Positions 32,379 to 42,782 are shown, numbered from the stretch's first letter. The stretch is 64,000 nt of DNA from Candidatus Atelocyanobacterium thalassae (GCA_051971635.1 JBFPLN010000004.1:32001-96000), one strand, 5' to 3'. Program-made: numbers and translations. The notes: generated from the sequence alone by a model not told the origin.

Positions 32379-32402
32379 AAGTCGTAGCGCTAGCTACGAC
32401 TT
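32379..32402 (+). terminator. Hairpin after the ferredoxin gene
   Basis: AAGTCGTAGC-gcta-GCTACGACTT, perfect 10-bp stem. Confidence 0.7.
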
Positions 32403-32478
32403 CATATACTTTTACTTCCGATTAGAGATACTTGTTTGTATTACACATGACTAAGTAATATGATTTTCGTCGAGGTTT

Positions 32479-32838
32479 GTGATGAATCTAAAATGGAAAA
32501 CATTTGTATCAAAAACAGTATTTTGGATGATGGGGGAAGTATTTTTAAATCTCTTAGGTCTAGACAATGTAGCCGATTATAGTACTTTTCTATTTGAGCA
32601 TGAGTTAGAGTTATTTAAAAAAAATCATAAAACAGTAAAGTTATCCTGTCTTAATCCTAAATTTTGTTATAAAATTAACGAGGAATGTCCGATCGATGAA
32701 GTTGCTCTTCAATTTTCAAAATATCCATTGGACGATTGCATAGTTAACCACGATATCTTTTCTAAAAGATGTATAAAAATTAAACACAAATGTATAAAAG
32801 CTGCTTTGTTTTCTGATTTATCATATGGTTATAAATAA
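32479..32838 (+). CDS. Conserved cyanobacterial hypothetical protein with Cys-rich C-terminus
   Basis: N-terminal KW...KTVFW...EVFLNLLGLDNVADYS.F motif of a small family I recall beside nif-linked feoAB. Six Cys in the tail; GAGG RBS. Confidence 0.75.
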   Translation: MMNLKWKTFVSKTVFWMMGEVFLNLLGLDNVADYSTFLFEHELELFKKNHKTVKLSCLNPKFCYKINEECPIDEVALQFSKYPLDDCIVNHDIFSKRCIKIKHKCIKAALFSDLSYGYK

Positions 32839-33243
32839 AGAGATAATTCCTCTTTTGTGAATGATGAAAACTAACGTAAAATATAGAGCTGATAACAATA
32901 ACATCTTTTATCTTATCGTTAAAGTACTAAGTTTCAAAATAGCTACTTTATTCTCCATAGACATAAAAATTTAAAAAATTATTAAATATTTTAGACTTTT
33001 TTGTATTCTGCATTATTTATCTATAAAAAAATTATAGTAATTTAATTTTATGTATCTCTAGTTACTGTTTATAAAAATATTAAAAATTACACTAGTAATC
33101 ACTAGAAAACATCATGTATCCTATCCTTCTAAAAAGTATTAAATATTTTATAAAGTATCAGTTTTATTAAAAATAATATCAATTGATTAGGGTTTTCAAG
33201 GAATTAAATAGTTTTCTTTCCTACTACCGCAAAAAGGAATGTC

Positions 33244-35202
33244 ATGGCTTTAGATTTTTCCCCCATTTGGATTTCACTAAAAACTGCAACTTTTGCTACA
33301 TTTTTTGCTTTTTTTACTGGAACAATATTGGCTTATTGGATGTTTAAATATAGTGGAAAATGGAAAAGTGTAATTGATGGACTTTTGACAATTCCTTTGG
33401 TACTTCCTCCTACAGTAACTGGATTTTTACTATTATTATTATTAGGAAAATATGGGCCTATAGGTAGACTATTGTGGCTATTTAATGTTAATATAATATT
33501 TACGTGGTACGCAGCTGTTATAGCAGCTATCGTTGTTGCTTTCCCCTTGATGTACAAAACATCACTAGGAGCATTTCAACAAATAGACTTCAATTTAATA
33601 TCTAGTGCTAAAACATTAGGAGCCTCAGAGATAGAGCTTTTCTTGCGGATTGTGTTACCTTTAGCAAGACCAGGACTTATATCAGGCTTACTGTTGTCAT
33701 ATGCGCGAGCTCTTGGCGAATTTGGAGCAACATTAATGTTGGCAGGTAGTATTCCTGGTAGGACTCAAACTATCCCGATAGCAATTTTTTTTGCTACGGA
33801 AAGTGGCAATATGGAAGAGGCCCAGCTACTGGTAATAATAATGGTTTTTCTATCACTTAGTATTACTATTGGCGTCAACATTTGGAATAATAACTACTCT
33901 GTTAAACGTTTAGGAAAAAAGTTTTCAGGGCTCAAAGTTATCAAGACCAACAGAACCTTGAAAAAAGAACAAAATTTTCTATCGGTTTTTCAAACCCCAG
34001 AAAATTCTTACTCCTTAACAGCAGGTACTCCAAACCAATTGATTGTAGACATTACAAAAAGACTACCTAACTTTGAAATAAATGTCTCTTTCTCAACTAA
34101 TCAAAGTCAAGTGCCCTTAGGTTTGTTAGGAGCTTCTGGAGCTGGAAAAAGCCTGATTTTAAGATGTATTGCCGGACTAGATACTGCTGATCATGGTCAC
34201 ATTTCTTTAAATGGTAAAATTTTATTTGATTCTCGAAAAGGTATTAATATCCCTATTCGTGAACGCAAAGTTGGATTTTTATTCCAAAATTATGCTCTAT
34301 TTAATCATTTAACTATTTTTCAAAACATAGCTTTCGGCTTACCGAAAAACCTTTCTCCTTCTATTGTTCGCCAAAAAGTTGAACAACAACTAAAAATAGT
34401 AAAACTAGAAGGATTTAGTAGTCGTTATCCCGGTACACTCTCTGGAGGACAAAAACAAAGAGTTGCACTAGCTAGGGCACTAGCAAACCAACCTGATATT
34501 TTACTTTTAGACGAACCTTTTTCTGCGCTTGATACTTATCTACGAGATCAATTAGAAAAACTTTTAAAACTAAGCCTAAATGACTATTCAGGAGTTACAC
34601 TGTTCGTTACTCATAAGTTAGAAGAGGCCTATCGTATTTGTCCTAATCTATTGATTCTAAATGAAGGTGTAATACTTAGAAAAGGTACTAAGCAAAAAGT
34701 TTTCGACGATCCACGTCATCTTAAAGCAGCACAGATTACAGGATGTAAAAACTTTTCTACTATCCTTCCATTGTCGAAAAATAAAGTTACTGCTCTTGAT
34801 TGGGGATGTACTTTAGAAGTTTGCGGACCTATTCTTTCCAATTTAACTCATATTGGTATCCGTGCTCATCAATTATTATTTGTTGATATTGATGTAAGTC
34901 ACTCAAAGTGTAATTATTTCCAAAATATTTTTCCTTGTTGGTTAGCTAGTACAAGTGAAACTCAGCATAGAATAACGTTATATATTAAGTTAAATGCTGC
35001 TCCAACCAATTCTTTTGACTATCATCTACAAGTCGAAATTCTTAAGGATAAGTGGAATGAGTTAAAAAAGCGTCCCGTGCCTTGGTCAGTACAAATTGAA
35101 CCATCACGCCTCATGTTACTACAGAATTCAAGCGACCCTATATCCCTTGAATATACAACTGGTAATTTTTCAAAAATTACTAGTAGAAATAACTCTAATT
35201 AA
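33244..35202 (+). CDS. modB: Fused molybdate ABC transporter permease + ATPase (ModB-ModC)
   Basis: PLVLPPTVTG, ARALGEFGAT, then GASGAGKS, LSGGQKQR, LLLDEPFSALD. Confidence 0.93.
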   Translation: MALDFSPIWISLKTATFATFFAFFTGTILAYWMFKYSGKWKSVIDGLLTIPLVLPPTVTGFLLLLLLGKYGPIGRLLWLFNVNIIFTWYAAVIAAIVVAFPLMYKTSLGAFQQIDFNLISSAKTLGASEIELFLRIVLPLARPGLISGLLLSYARALGEFGATLMLAGSIPGRTQTIPIAIFFATESGNMEEAQLLVIIMVFLSLSITIGVNIWNNNYSVKRLGKKFSGLKVIKTNRTLKKEQNFLSVFQTPENSYSLTAGTPNQLIVDITKRLPNFEINVSFSTNQSQVPLGLLGASGAGKSLILRCIAGLDTADHGHISLNGKILFDSRKGINIPIRERKVGFLFQNYALFNHLTIFQNIAFGLPKNLSPSIVRQKVEQQLKIVKLEGFSSRYPGTLSGGQKQRVALARALANQPDILLLDEPFSALDTYLRDQLEKLLKLSLNDYSGVTLFVTHKLEEAYRICPNLLILNEGVILRKGTKQKVFDDPRHLKAAQITGCKNFSTILPLSKNKVTALDWGCTLEVCGPILSNLTHIGIRAHQLLFVDIDVSHSKCNYFQNIFPCWLASTSETQHRITLYIKLNAAPTNSFDYHLQVEILKDKWNELKKRPVPWSVQIEPSRLMLLQNSSDPISLEYTTGNFSKITSRNNSN

Positions 35203-35235
35203 TAACTTTCCTGATATACATAAAGGAGAACACTT

Positions 35236-35532
35236 ATGGCAAACTTAACTGGCTTAACTTTTGGACAAAAAGAATGGACTCCAAAGTTTGTTGAAGCTAT
35301 CGATAAAGAAACCTGTCTTGGTTGTGGACGTTGTTTCAAAGTCTGCGGTCACAATGTTCTAACTTTGTTAGGAGTTAATGAAGATGGTGAGATTGTTGAT
35401 GAGGATGAAGATGATGACGATGTAGAACGTCAAGTCATGGGTATTATCAATAAAGATAATTGTGTTGGCTGTGAAGCATGCGCAAAAATTTGCCCTAAAA
35501 ATTGTTACACCAACACACCTCTAGCTATATAA
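35236..35532 (+). CDS. fdxB: Ferredoxin III, nif-specific 2[4Fe-4S]
   Basis: [17 protein letters not shown], acidic insert, [12 protein letters not shown]. Confidence 0.95.
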   Translation: MANLTGLTFGQKEWTPKFVEAIDKETCLGCGRCFKVCGHNVLTLLGVNEDGEIVDEDEDDDDVERQVMGIINKDNCVGCEACAKICPKNCYTNTPLAI

Positions 35533-35542
35533 TTTAATTTAC

Positions 35543-35583
35543 AAAGAAGTGGCCACAATTTATAAGAATGTAGCCACTTCTTT
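35543..35583 (+). terminator. Rho-independent terminator after fdxB
   Basis: AAAGAAGTGGC(C)ACA...TGT(A)GCCACTTCTTT. Confidence 0.75.
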
Positions 35584-35691
35584 ATAAATACATATCCACC
35601 AAATAATAGAAAAACTGTAATAATTAGTACGTTAATCCTAATAAGGAATAATGTTACAGTTAACTATTGTCTATCTTAAATAAAGAGTAAA

Positions 35692-35943
35692 ATGACACAA
35701 TCTCGTCAAGAACAATATTACACCCTAATTGATGAATTATTACGTTGCCCTAATGGTCAAGAACCAGATCTTTTAGGCGCTAACAACGAATTACTAGATA
35801 GTAAGTTTATTGAGTCATTAGTTCAAGTTTCGACCATGATGGCTCACGAAGATAATCCTGATGGAGCTAAGTTTTTAATTCATATTGCAAGGCAATTAGC
35901 AAAAGAACTAGGACTATATCCTGAAATTCAGAATAACAAATAA
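35692..35943 (+). CDS. Conserved cyanobacterial hypothetical protein
   Basis: R...Y..LID.LL.CPNGQEP...LLD..F...A.FL pattern; intact ORF with gene-like composition. Confidence 0.75.
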   Translation: MTQSRQEQYYTLIDELLRCPNGQEPDLLGANNELLDSKFIESLVQVSTMMAHEDNPDGAKFLIHIARQLAKELGLYPEIQNNK

Positions 35944-35989
35944 TTACTCATTTTTAATTTTACAAATATGAATTAAAATAACGTTAAAC

Positions 35990-36628
35990 TTGATGGTGTT
36001 ACTGGTTCCTGCAATTCAACCCTTACCTTTACTACCTTTGTCTAAAATTGTTTTATTTCCTGGGCGTATTGTTCTTTTACATATTGTTGATTTTTGTTAT
36101 CGAACTATGATTAATAATATTTTAGAAGGGGATCGTTGTTTTGGAGTAGTAAAAGACGATCCTATTAGTGGAGATATGGAAAATGTTGGTGTATGTGTTG
36201 AAGTAATTCGTTTTCAAAAATTTCCCAATGATCGTATGGAACTTATCATTTCAGGTCAGAAGCGCTTTCGTATATTAAAGTATACAAAAGAAAAGCCCTA
36301 CAAAACGGGTTTAACAGAATGGCTAGAAGACAAAGCAACCACTAAAAATCTTTATCCATTATCTAGCGAAGTTAAGCAATTATTACAAGATATAATTCAC
36401 TTATCTGAAAAATTGATAAATCAAGAAATAGGGTTACCAAATAATTTACCTACATTACCCTTAGAACTATCTTACTTGGTAGGCTCTAGTCTCCGTGGAT
36501 TAATAAGAGAACAACAAATACTCCTAGAAACTCAAGAGACTGAAAATCGTCTACAAAAAGAACTGAAAAATTTAATAATTATACGTAATTATTTAGCCGC
36601 TAAGGTCAGTGTAAAAGGTATCTTTTAA
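35990..36628 (+). CDS. LON peptidase substrate-binding domain protein
   Basis: LPLLPL..IVLFPG...LHI....YR.MI, FGVV, GQKRFRI, ELSY, EQQILLE. The sequence looks divergent. Confidence 0.85.
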   Translation: MMVLLVPAIQPLPLLPLSKIVLFPGRIVLLHIVDFCYRTMINNILEGDRCFGVVKDDPISGDMENVGVCVEVIRFQKFPNDRMELIISGQKRFRILKYTKEKPYKTGLTEWLEDKATTKNLYPLSSEVKQLLQDIIHLSEKLINQEIGLPNNLPTLPLELSYLVGSSLRGLIREQQILLETQETENRLQKELKNLIIIRNYLAAKVSVKGIF

Positions 36629-36961
36629 TAAAATAATAGAGATACTTTATTATTAGAAATTAATTTCTACTCTTAAATAGAACTAAATGACTAGTATACA
36701 AAGTGATCTTGTACATAAAAATTGACTTAGAAAAAAATATATATCTCGAACATTATGTGAGTTGATACCATCTTCATTAAAAGTTCGTAATTACTTGGCT
36801 TCCTAGAATTTACTTTTTTATATTTGACTATTTAAGATAGTTTTTACCAAGATTCTTATTTAATCCAGGTAAATTTAGGTAATTATAATAATTTTTATAT
36901 TAATTTAAGAAAAATCAATTATGGCCTTGAAATAATCGTTTATTTTCTATATGTTGATAAC

Positions 36962-38302
36962 TTAATCTCCAGTAATAGATAAGCCATCAACCCATACTTT
37001 AGGGCAGATTCCCTTAGGTGTAATTTCTGATTTGGATTCTATATAAATAATAGAATTTAATAGTGTTAAAAAGTCACCTGCTATTGTTGCAGCATTAATA
37101 CTTACAAAATTTCCATTATTAACCAACCATCCTTCAAAGGGTAAAGAAAAGGAACCTTGTAAACTGTTTACTCCAGCATGAAGAGCTTGTAACCTATCAA
37201 CAAAAACTATATTTTTTTCTGTATTTAAATTATACTCAAAATTTGATTTTTTATTAGATAGAACATGGTAGAAATGAGGTTTAATAGTTACCTTAGAACC
37301 AATATTTGCATGTCCAGTAGGTTTCGTATTTAAACGTTGAGCAGTTCTCTCACTATGTAGTAATCCAGTAAGAATGCCATCATTAATTATTTCTACACGA
37401 CGAGTAGGAGTTCCTTCTTCATCAAAAGTTTCCATGCCGACATTACTACAGTGTCTAGCATCATCGTATAGAGAAAAAAGCGGGACAGAAATCTGTTTCC
37501 CAAGAGAATTTGTTGTAGAAAGACTTTGCTTATCTAAGATATTTTGAGCGTTAAATAAATTGGTAAAAGAATTAAGCAAACTTAGGAATGCCGTAGGAGA
37601 AAAAATTACAGTATATTTTCCTGAGGAAATATTTTGATAATTAATATGACTGAGAGTCTTTTGTATTACCTCTTGTAAACAAGATTTAATATCTAAACTT
37701 GCAAAATCTCGACTAATTTTAATAGAACTTGCTCCTCTAGGCTTTTTCCCCTCTGTCTCTGTACGACTATAGAAATATATAGCAGTATATGAAAGATCTT
37801 CTTGGCGTAAAGCAGAGTCACTATTCAAATAAAATCTGTTAATGCTTTCTTGAGATAAACCGTTATAAGGAATACTTGTAATAATAGGGCTCGATTCTAA
37901 TAAAGTTTTTTCTGCTGCGATTAAGGTATCTATTAATATAGGAATTGGAGTTGGTTTAGAAATTTTATTAAATGTACCTTGAATTGTTGTGTGAGTCTCT
38001 GGACTAAAATTTGGTACATGTTCTTGGGCACCAAAATGGCTAGCATCTTTAGCTGTTTGTAAAGCTAATTTTATACCAATTTTATCTAAGTCTGTAGTAG
38101 TAGTAACTCCAATATTTCCATTTTTATTCCAAACTCTAACAGTAACACTCGATCTATTTGATACTTGGATTTGTTTTGGCTTACCAGTATCAACTTCTAT
38201 GTTAGCTTCTTCTATAGCAGAACCATAAATATCGTACTTAGTAATGTTAAGTTCTTTCGAACTTTCTTCGGCATAATCAGCAACTTGTTCAATATGGAGC
38301 AT
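36962..38302 (-). CDS. TldD/PmbA family protein (PmbA-like)
   Basis: FDEEGTPT, PTGHA, GSFSLPFEGW, TIAGDF; no HExxH motif seen. Confidence 0.9.
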   Translation of the reverse strand: MLHIEQVADYAEESSKELNITKYDIYGSAIEEANIEVDTGKPKQIQVSNRSSVTVRVWNKNGNIGVTTTTDLDKIGIKLALQTAKDASHFGAQEHVPNFSPETHTTIQGTFNKISKPTPIPILIDTLIAAEKTLLESSPIITSIPYNGLSQESINRFYLNSDSALRQEDLSYTAIYFYSRTETEGKKPRGASSIKISRDFASLDIKSCLQEVIQKTLSHINYQNISSGKYTVIFSPTAFLSLLNSFTNLFNAQNILDKQSLSTTNSLGKQISVPLFSLYDDARHCSNVGMETFDEEGTPTRRVEIINDGILTGLLHSERTAQRLNTKPTGHANIGSKVTIKPHFYHVLSNKKSNFEYNLNTEKNIVFVDRLQALHAGVNSLQGSFSLPFEGWLVNNGNFVSINAATIAGDFLTLLNSIIYIESKSEITPKGICPKVWVDGLSITGD

Positions 38303-38734
38303 TACTATTTACTTTATAAAGTATAAAAATATCTTTTAGATAAGGTCTCTATATTACTATTCTATCTCATTAAATTATGTTCTAAAAGTTTTGATCTATA
38401 TTTAATATACAAGCTTATAAAAAAATCTTAATTAATATATATCTTAAAAAATTACATAACAGTAGAAAAACCATTATTAAAATATTAGATAGAGAGTTAC
38501 TTATAAATTATTCTAATAATAGAATAGATTAATAGCTTAAATAGAAGCAGATCCTTCAATACAATAATCTAAAATATTTATTAATTCTATTATAAAATTT
38601 TTAAATCCTAAGGATTTAAAATAAGTTTCTTAATTACAATTTAAATTTTAGTTACCTTTTTAAAATAATACGAAACTATATTTAGATCTCTGAAAATAAA
38701 ATGAACTTTAGAGATAGATATTGTAAACTAGAAA

Positions 38735-39049
38735 ATGAGTTTATATATTCTAGAAATTATGAATTTGTTGAACATAACATATTGGGCTTTAAGTGTATCT
38801 TTAGCGGTAATGACTTTTTTGTTTATTTTCCGTATTGTTTTAACTTGGTATCCCCAAGCAGAAATTAATCGATTTCCTTGGTTTTTAATTGCTTTACCAA
38901 CAGAATTTTTATTAGTTCCAATTAGAAAGGTAGTATCTCCAATTGGGGGAGTAGATATTAGCCCTATTATTTGGGTTGGAATTTGTAGTTTGTTAAGAGA
39001 AGTATTAGTTGGACAACAAGGACTAATATCAATGGCACTATATAAATAA
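38735..39049 (+). CDS. YggT family membrane protein (CCB3-like)
   Basis: FIFRIVLTWYP...PTE.LL.P.RK...PIGGVDISPIIW...E.L.GQQGL. Confidence 0.9.
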   Translation: MSLYILEIMNLLNITYWALSVSLAVMTFLFIFRIVLTWYPQAEINRFPWFLIALPTEFLLVPIRKVVSPIGGVDISPIIWVGICSLLREVLVGQQGLISMALYK

Positions 39050-39337
39050 AGATTAACTGTCTCTCAAGGAATAGTAGTAATGAATCTATTCTTAACGCTA
39101 TTCAATTTTGATAGAAAAACTATAGTATTGTTATTAGTAATTAGCGATTATAAAATATGATATATAAGTATTATTTTTATGCTGTATATCGACTTCTTTT
39201 TTTCAAGTTTTAGATATTTACTTAATATTAGTAGCTTAATATACTGCTATGTATAGATATTATAAAAAATGACTCTTTGTCGATATAGAATTTAGTTATA
39301 AAAAATTTCTTCGTTAATTCTCTCGACAAATAATATA

Positions 39338-39898
39338 TTAAAATTTCTTTAAAAAAGACTTATTTTTATTACTGTATTTTTTTTTGTCTATTAAAATATT
39401 CATCAAATAATGTAATACAGGCGAGTATAAACTGCTCAAAATTGCTGACAATAGAATTGAACTTTGATGATAAATATTAATATACTCAAATAAGTATATA
39501 CCTTGTAGAGTGTACTGTAAAAAAATAATACCTTGAGCTATCAAGGATAGTATGAATACTAATAAGATAATGGAGAGAAAACTATATAGATTATCTCGAA
39601 TAAAGTAGTTTTTTCGAAATCGGCTTGATAATGCTCCAACTACCACCAAACTCGGAATACAAGATAAAGTTCCTACTGTTAAGCTATCTTGAATTAATCC
39701 CATTACTAAGCCACTAACAATTCCCTGAAATGTTTTTTGTTTAACACTCCATACTATTACCCAAACTTGTATCCAATTAATATTAGCTCCAAATGTTTTT
39801 GTTTCAGAAAAATAAGCTAGCGAAAACAATATAGAGAATACAGCAGAAATAATAATAATTAATTTATCAAAAATAATAATATTTTTTAAAAAGCTCAT
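39338..39898 (-). CDS. mreD: Rod shape-determining protein MreD (divergent)
   Basis: Hydrophobic protein with NW..VWVIVWSVK...G...GLIQDSLT; follows mreC. Confidence 0.85.
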   Translation of the reverse strand: MSFLKNIIIFDKLIIIISAVFSILFSLAYFSETKTFGANINWIQVWVIVWSVKQKTFQGIVSGLVMGLIQDSLTVGTLSCIPSLVVVGALSSRFRKNYFIRDNLYSFLSIILLVFILSLIAQGIIFLQYTLQGIYLFEYINIYHQSSILLSAILSSLYSPVLHYLMNILIDKKKYSNKNKSFLKKF

Positions 39899-39978
39899 AA
39901 TTCAATAAACTCTTGTTGACCGTTATCTTTAGTTCAGATAAAAGCCTAAAGGCGAATAGAATAAACAAATTAGGTAGA

Positions 39979-40731
39979 CTATTTACTAATGTAAGGGTGA
40001 ATAACTACCCATTCTAAGTTATTAAAAGCAACTGTTAGTGAAACGTCTCCTTCTGGTGCAGGTTCCTTATTAAAGTCTAATGATTTTATTTGACCAATAG
40101 GTAAACCATTGGGAAATAGACGACTAACAGGAGAAGTAGTAATAGCGTCTCCAACACTGACTTCTGGAGATTTATCAAAAAAACGTATTTTAACAAGACT
40201 AGAAGCATTCCCAATAATTACTCCCATAGTTCCTGTTTGACTTATCTTGACGCCTACACGACTAGTAGGATCAGTAATTAATAAAACGCGACTAGTATGC
40301 GGAGTAACACTAATAATACGACCAACCAATCCCCCAATTCCTGTAACTATAAAGCCTGTTTCCACTCCATCTCTGCTACCACGACCAAGAACAATGTTTC
40401 TCCACCAATTATCAGGAGTATGTCCAATAACTGGTGCGGCGATTACTTCTGTCTTTTGTATTTCAAAATAACCTAATAATCTTTGTAGCTGTTCATTTTG
40501 CTTTTTTAATTCTGCAACACTTTGATTTAATTCTATAAAGCGAGCATTGGTTAGTCGTTTTTGCAGTAGCCCAGAAGAGTCTGATGTTCGTAAAGGGTAG
40601 CTTATCCAATAATATAATTCGAGAATAGCTGTTCCTTTAGTCTCAAAGAGAAATAATCCAATTCCTACAGAAATTATTGTCCATAACAATTTTGAGCCGT
40701 ATCGAGTATACCAATGAAATACCATTAGCAT
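39979..40731 (-). CDS. mreC: Rod shape-determining protein MreC
   Basis: Coiled coil; APVIG...WW...LGRGS.DGV, GGLVGR, SRVLLITD, LFP.GLPIG. Confidence 0.95.
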   Translation of the reverse strand: MLMVFHWYTRYGSKLLWTIISVGIGLFLFETKGTAILELYYWISYPLRTSDSSGLLQKRLTNARFIELNQSVAELKKQNEQLQRLLGYFEIQKTEVIAAPVIGHTPDNWWRNIVLGRGSRDGVETGFIVTGIGGLVGRIISVTPHTSRVLLITDPTSRVGVKISQTGTMGVIIGNASSLVKIRFFDKSPEVSVGDAITTSPVSRLFPNGLPIGQIKSLDFNKEPAPEGDVSLTVAFNNLEWVVIHPYISK

Positions 40732-40754
40732 TTTATATTCCTAATATTTTGTAT

Positions 40755-41798
40755 TTAAACAATTTTTGAAGTTTGGCACAAAATTTTATCTAACATTACA
40801 GGATTTTTCAAGATTTGCTCTGTACCTTTAACTACGCAATACAAAGGATCTTCGGCAATATGAGTTACGATTCCGGTTTCATGACTTAAAAGAACATCAA
40901 TACCTTTAATTAAAGCTCCTCCTCCTGCTAATATAATTCCTCGATCTATAATATCTGAAGCTAATTCTGGAGGAGTATGTTCTAATGTAGATTTTATAGC
41001 TTCAATAATTGCAGCTAAAGGCTCAGACATGCATTCTCGAATTTCTCCTCCTCTTAATGTAATACTACGGGGTAATCCAGATAATAAATGTAATCCTCGG
41101 ACCTCCATCGTAGACTCTTCTTCTTGTTCTATTGGATAAACAGAAGCCAATCGAATTTTTATTTCTTCAGCTGTCCGCTCCCCAATAACCATATTGTGAA
41201 CTTTCTTTACATACTGAGTAATAGACTCAGTTAATTCGTCCCCAGCAATTCTTATAGATTGACCAAACACTTGTCCTTGTAAACTTAGAATTGCTACTTC
41301 AGTTGTGCCTCCACCAATGTCTACAATCATATTACCAATAGCTTCTGTCACCGGTAAGCCTGCTCCCAAAGCTGCTGCTACCGGTTCTTCTACTAGTCCT
41401 ACTTTCCTTGCGCCTGCTTCTCTTGCAGCATCAATAACTGCCCTCCTTTCAACATCTGTAATACCGCTAGGAATACCAATAATCATTCTTGGATTTCCTA
41501 GCGGTATTCCTTCGTTAGCTTGACGAATAAATTCTTGAAGCATAATCATAGCACTCAAAAAATCTGCAATTACGCCATCTCGTAAAGGGCGTAAAACAGT
41601 AACATTAGCAGGTGTACGACCAAGCATCTTTTTTGCTTCTTCTCCTACAGCTAACGCAACCTTTCGACTTTGATCAATAGCTACGATAGAAGGCTCATTA
41701 AGTACAATACCTTTCCCAGATACATAGATAAGAGTATTAGCTGTGCCTAAATCAATACCTATATCTCGTGAAAGAGAAAAACGACTAAAAATCCCCAC
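40755..41798 (-). CDS. mreB: Actin-like MreB
   Basis: GIDLGTANT, RPLRDGVIADF, VDIGGGTTE, LAGGGAL. GTG start with GAGGGA upstream. Confidence 0.98.
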   Translation of the reverse strand: MGIFSRFSLSRDIGIDLGTANTLIYVSGKGIVLNEPSIVAIDQSRKVALAVGEEAKKMLGRTPANVTVLRPLRDGVIADFLSAMIMLQEFIRQANEGIPLGNPRMIIGIPSGITDVERRAVIDAAREAGARKVGLVEEPVAAALGAGLPVTEAIGNMIVDIGGGTTEVAILSLQGQVFGQSIRIAGDELTESITQYVKKVHNMVIGERTAEEIKIRLASVYPIEQEEESTMEVRGLHLLSGLPRSITLRGGEIRECMSEPLAAIIEAIKSTLEHTPPELASDIIDRGIILAGGGALIKGIDVLLSHETGIVTHIAEDPLYCVVKGTEQILKNPVMLDKILCQTSKIV

Positions 41799-41989
41799 TT
41801 TTATTTATCCCTCTGATTTATGGTTAAAGACTAATATGACTATAGATAACGAATCAATTAATCAACCTCGATTAAGGAGAAATATAAATTCTAAGCCATG
41901 CCATGCTTGACCAGTGAAGAAAAGAGTTGGTTCCCGTATCATTGCTTGTTACAATAATTTGAACATAAAGGAAATTTAAAAGAAAAAAT

Positions 41990-42355
41990 ATGAGTTTAAA
42001 TATCGTCAATTTAGTTGGTCGTGTTGGAAGAGATCCGGAAGTTAAATATTTTGAATCCGGCACAGTTTTATGCACATTGACGCTAGCAGTCAATCGTCGC
42101 TCTAGCAAAAGAGACGAGGCAGATTGGTTCAACTTAAAAATTTGGGGCAAAACAGCAGAGATTGCTGCTAATTATGTTAAGAAAGGTAGTTTAATTGGAG
42201 TTCATGGATCATTAGAAATTGAAACTTGGAAAGATCGCAATACAGGTATTGATCGTTCTAGTCCAGTTATCAAGGTTGATCGTTTAGATCTACTAGGTTC
42301 TAGACGTGATAATGATTCAAATGGAAATTATCAAGGAGGAAATGATGAATTTTAG
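41990..42355 (+). CDS. ssb: Single-stranded DNA-binding protein
   Basis: NLVGRVGRDPE, LAVNRR, WF...WGKTAE....YVKKGS, acidic tail. Confidence 0.97.
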   Translation: MSLNIVNLVGRVGRDPEVKYFESGTVLCTLTLAVNRRSSKRDEADWFNLKIWGKTAEIAANYVKKGSLIGVHGSLEIETWKDRNTGIDRSSPVIKVDRLDLLGSRRDNDSNGNYQGGNDEF

Positions 42356-42554
42356 AGTAGTAAAAATTATATTTTTAGATATTAAATATGTATAAACCAA
42401 ATTAAGGAAAATATTTTATACTGGTTCCCCTCCTAAAAAGAAGAAAATCAAGTTTTATCTTTACCAAACTAGAATTATAAGAAATACCTTTTTATAATTC
42501 TTACATTTTTTAATTTATTTGTTTCCAATCTAATATTTTTCATATATAAATACC

Positions 42555-42595
42555 ACCATATATACTTCTTAACTTTATGAAGAAGTATATATGGT
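42555..42595. terminator. Perfect 16-bp inverted repeat between ssb and psaF
   Basis: ACCATATATACTTCTT, 9-nt loop, AAGAAGTATATATGGT. Confidence 0.6.
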
Positions 42596-42782
42596 TTACA
42601 ACACAAATCTTAACTTAAAGAGACTAGAATGCTTACTATGATTAAGATAATACAAGATAATTTTTGTAACTTTAATCTTAATTAGATCTTTGAATCAGAT
42701 TAATATAACTTGTTACATTATTGACTTATTTTGTCTTGTATTCCATGAACTTAGTCTTTTGTGACAAAAGGAAACAACTTCT

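Noticed and set aside
38580..38630. KFLNPKDLK* fragment as a psbX remnant
   Set aside because: Too short and AT-rich to distinguish from chance.
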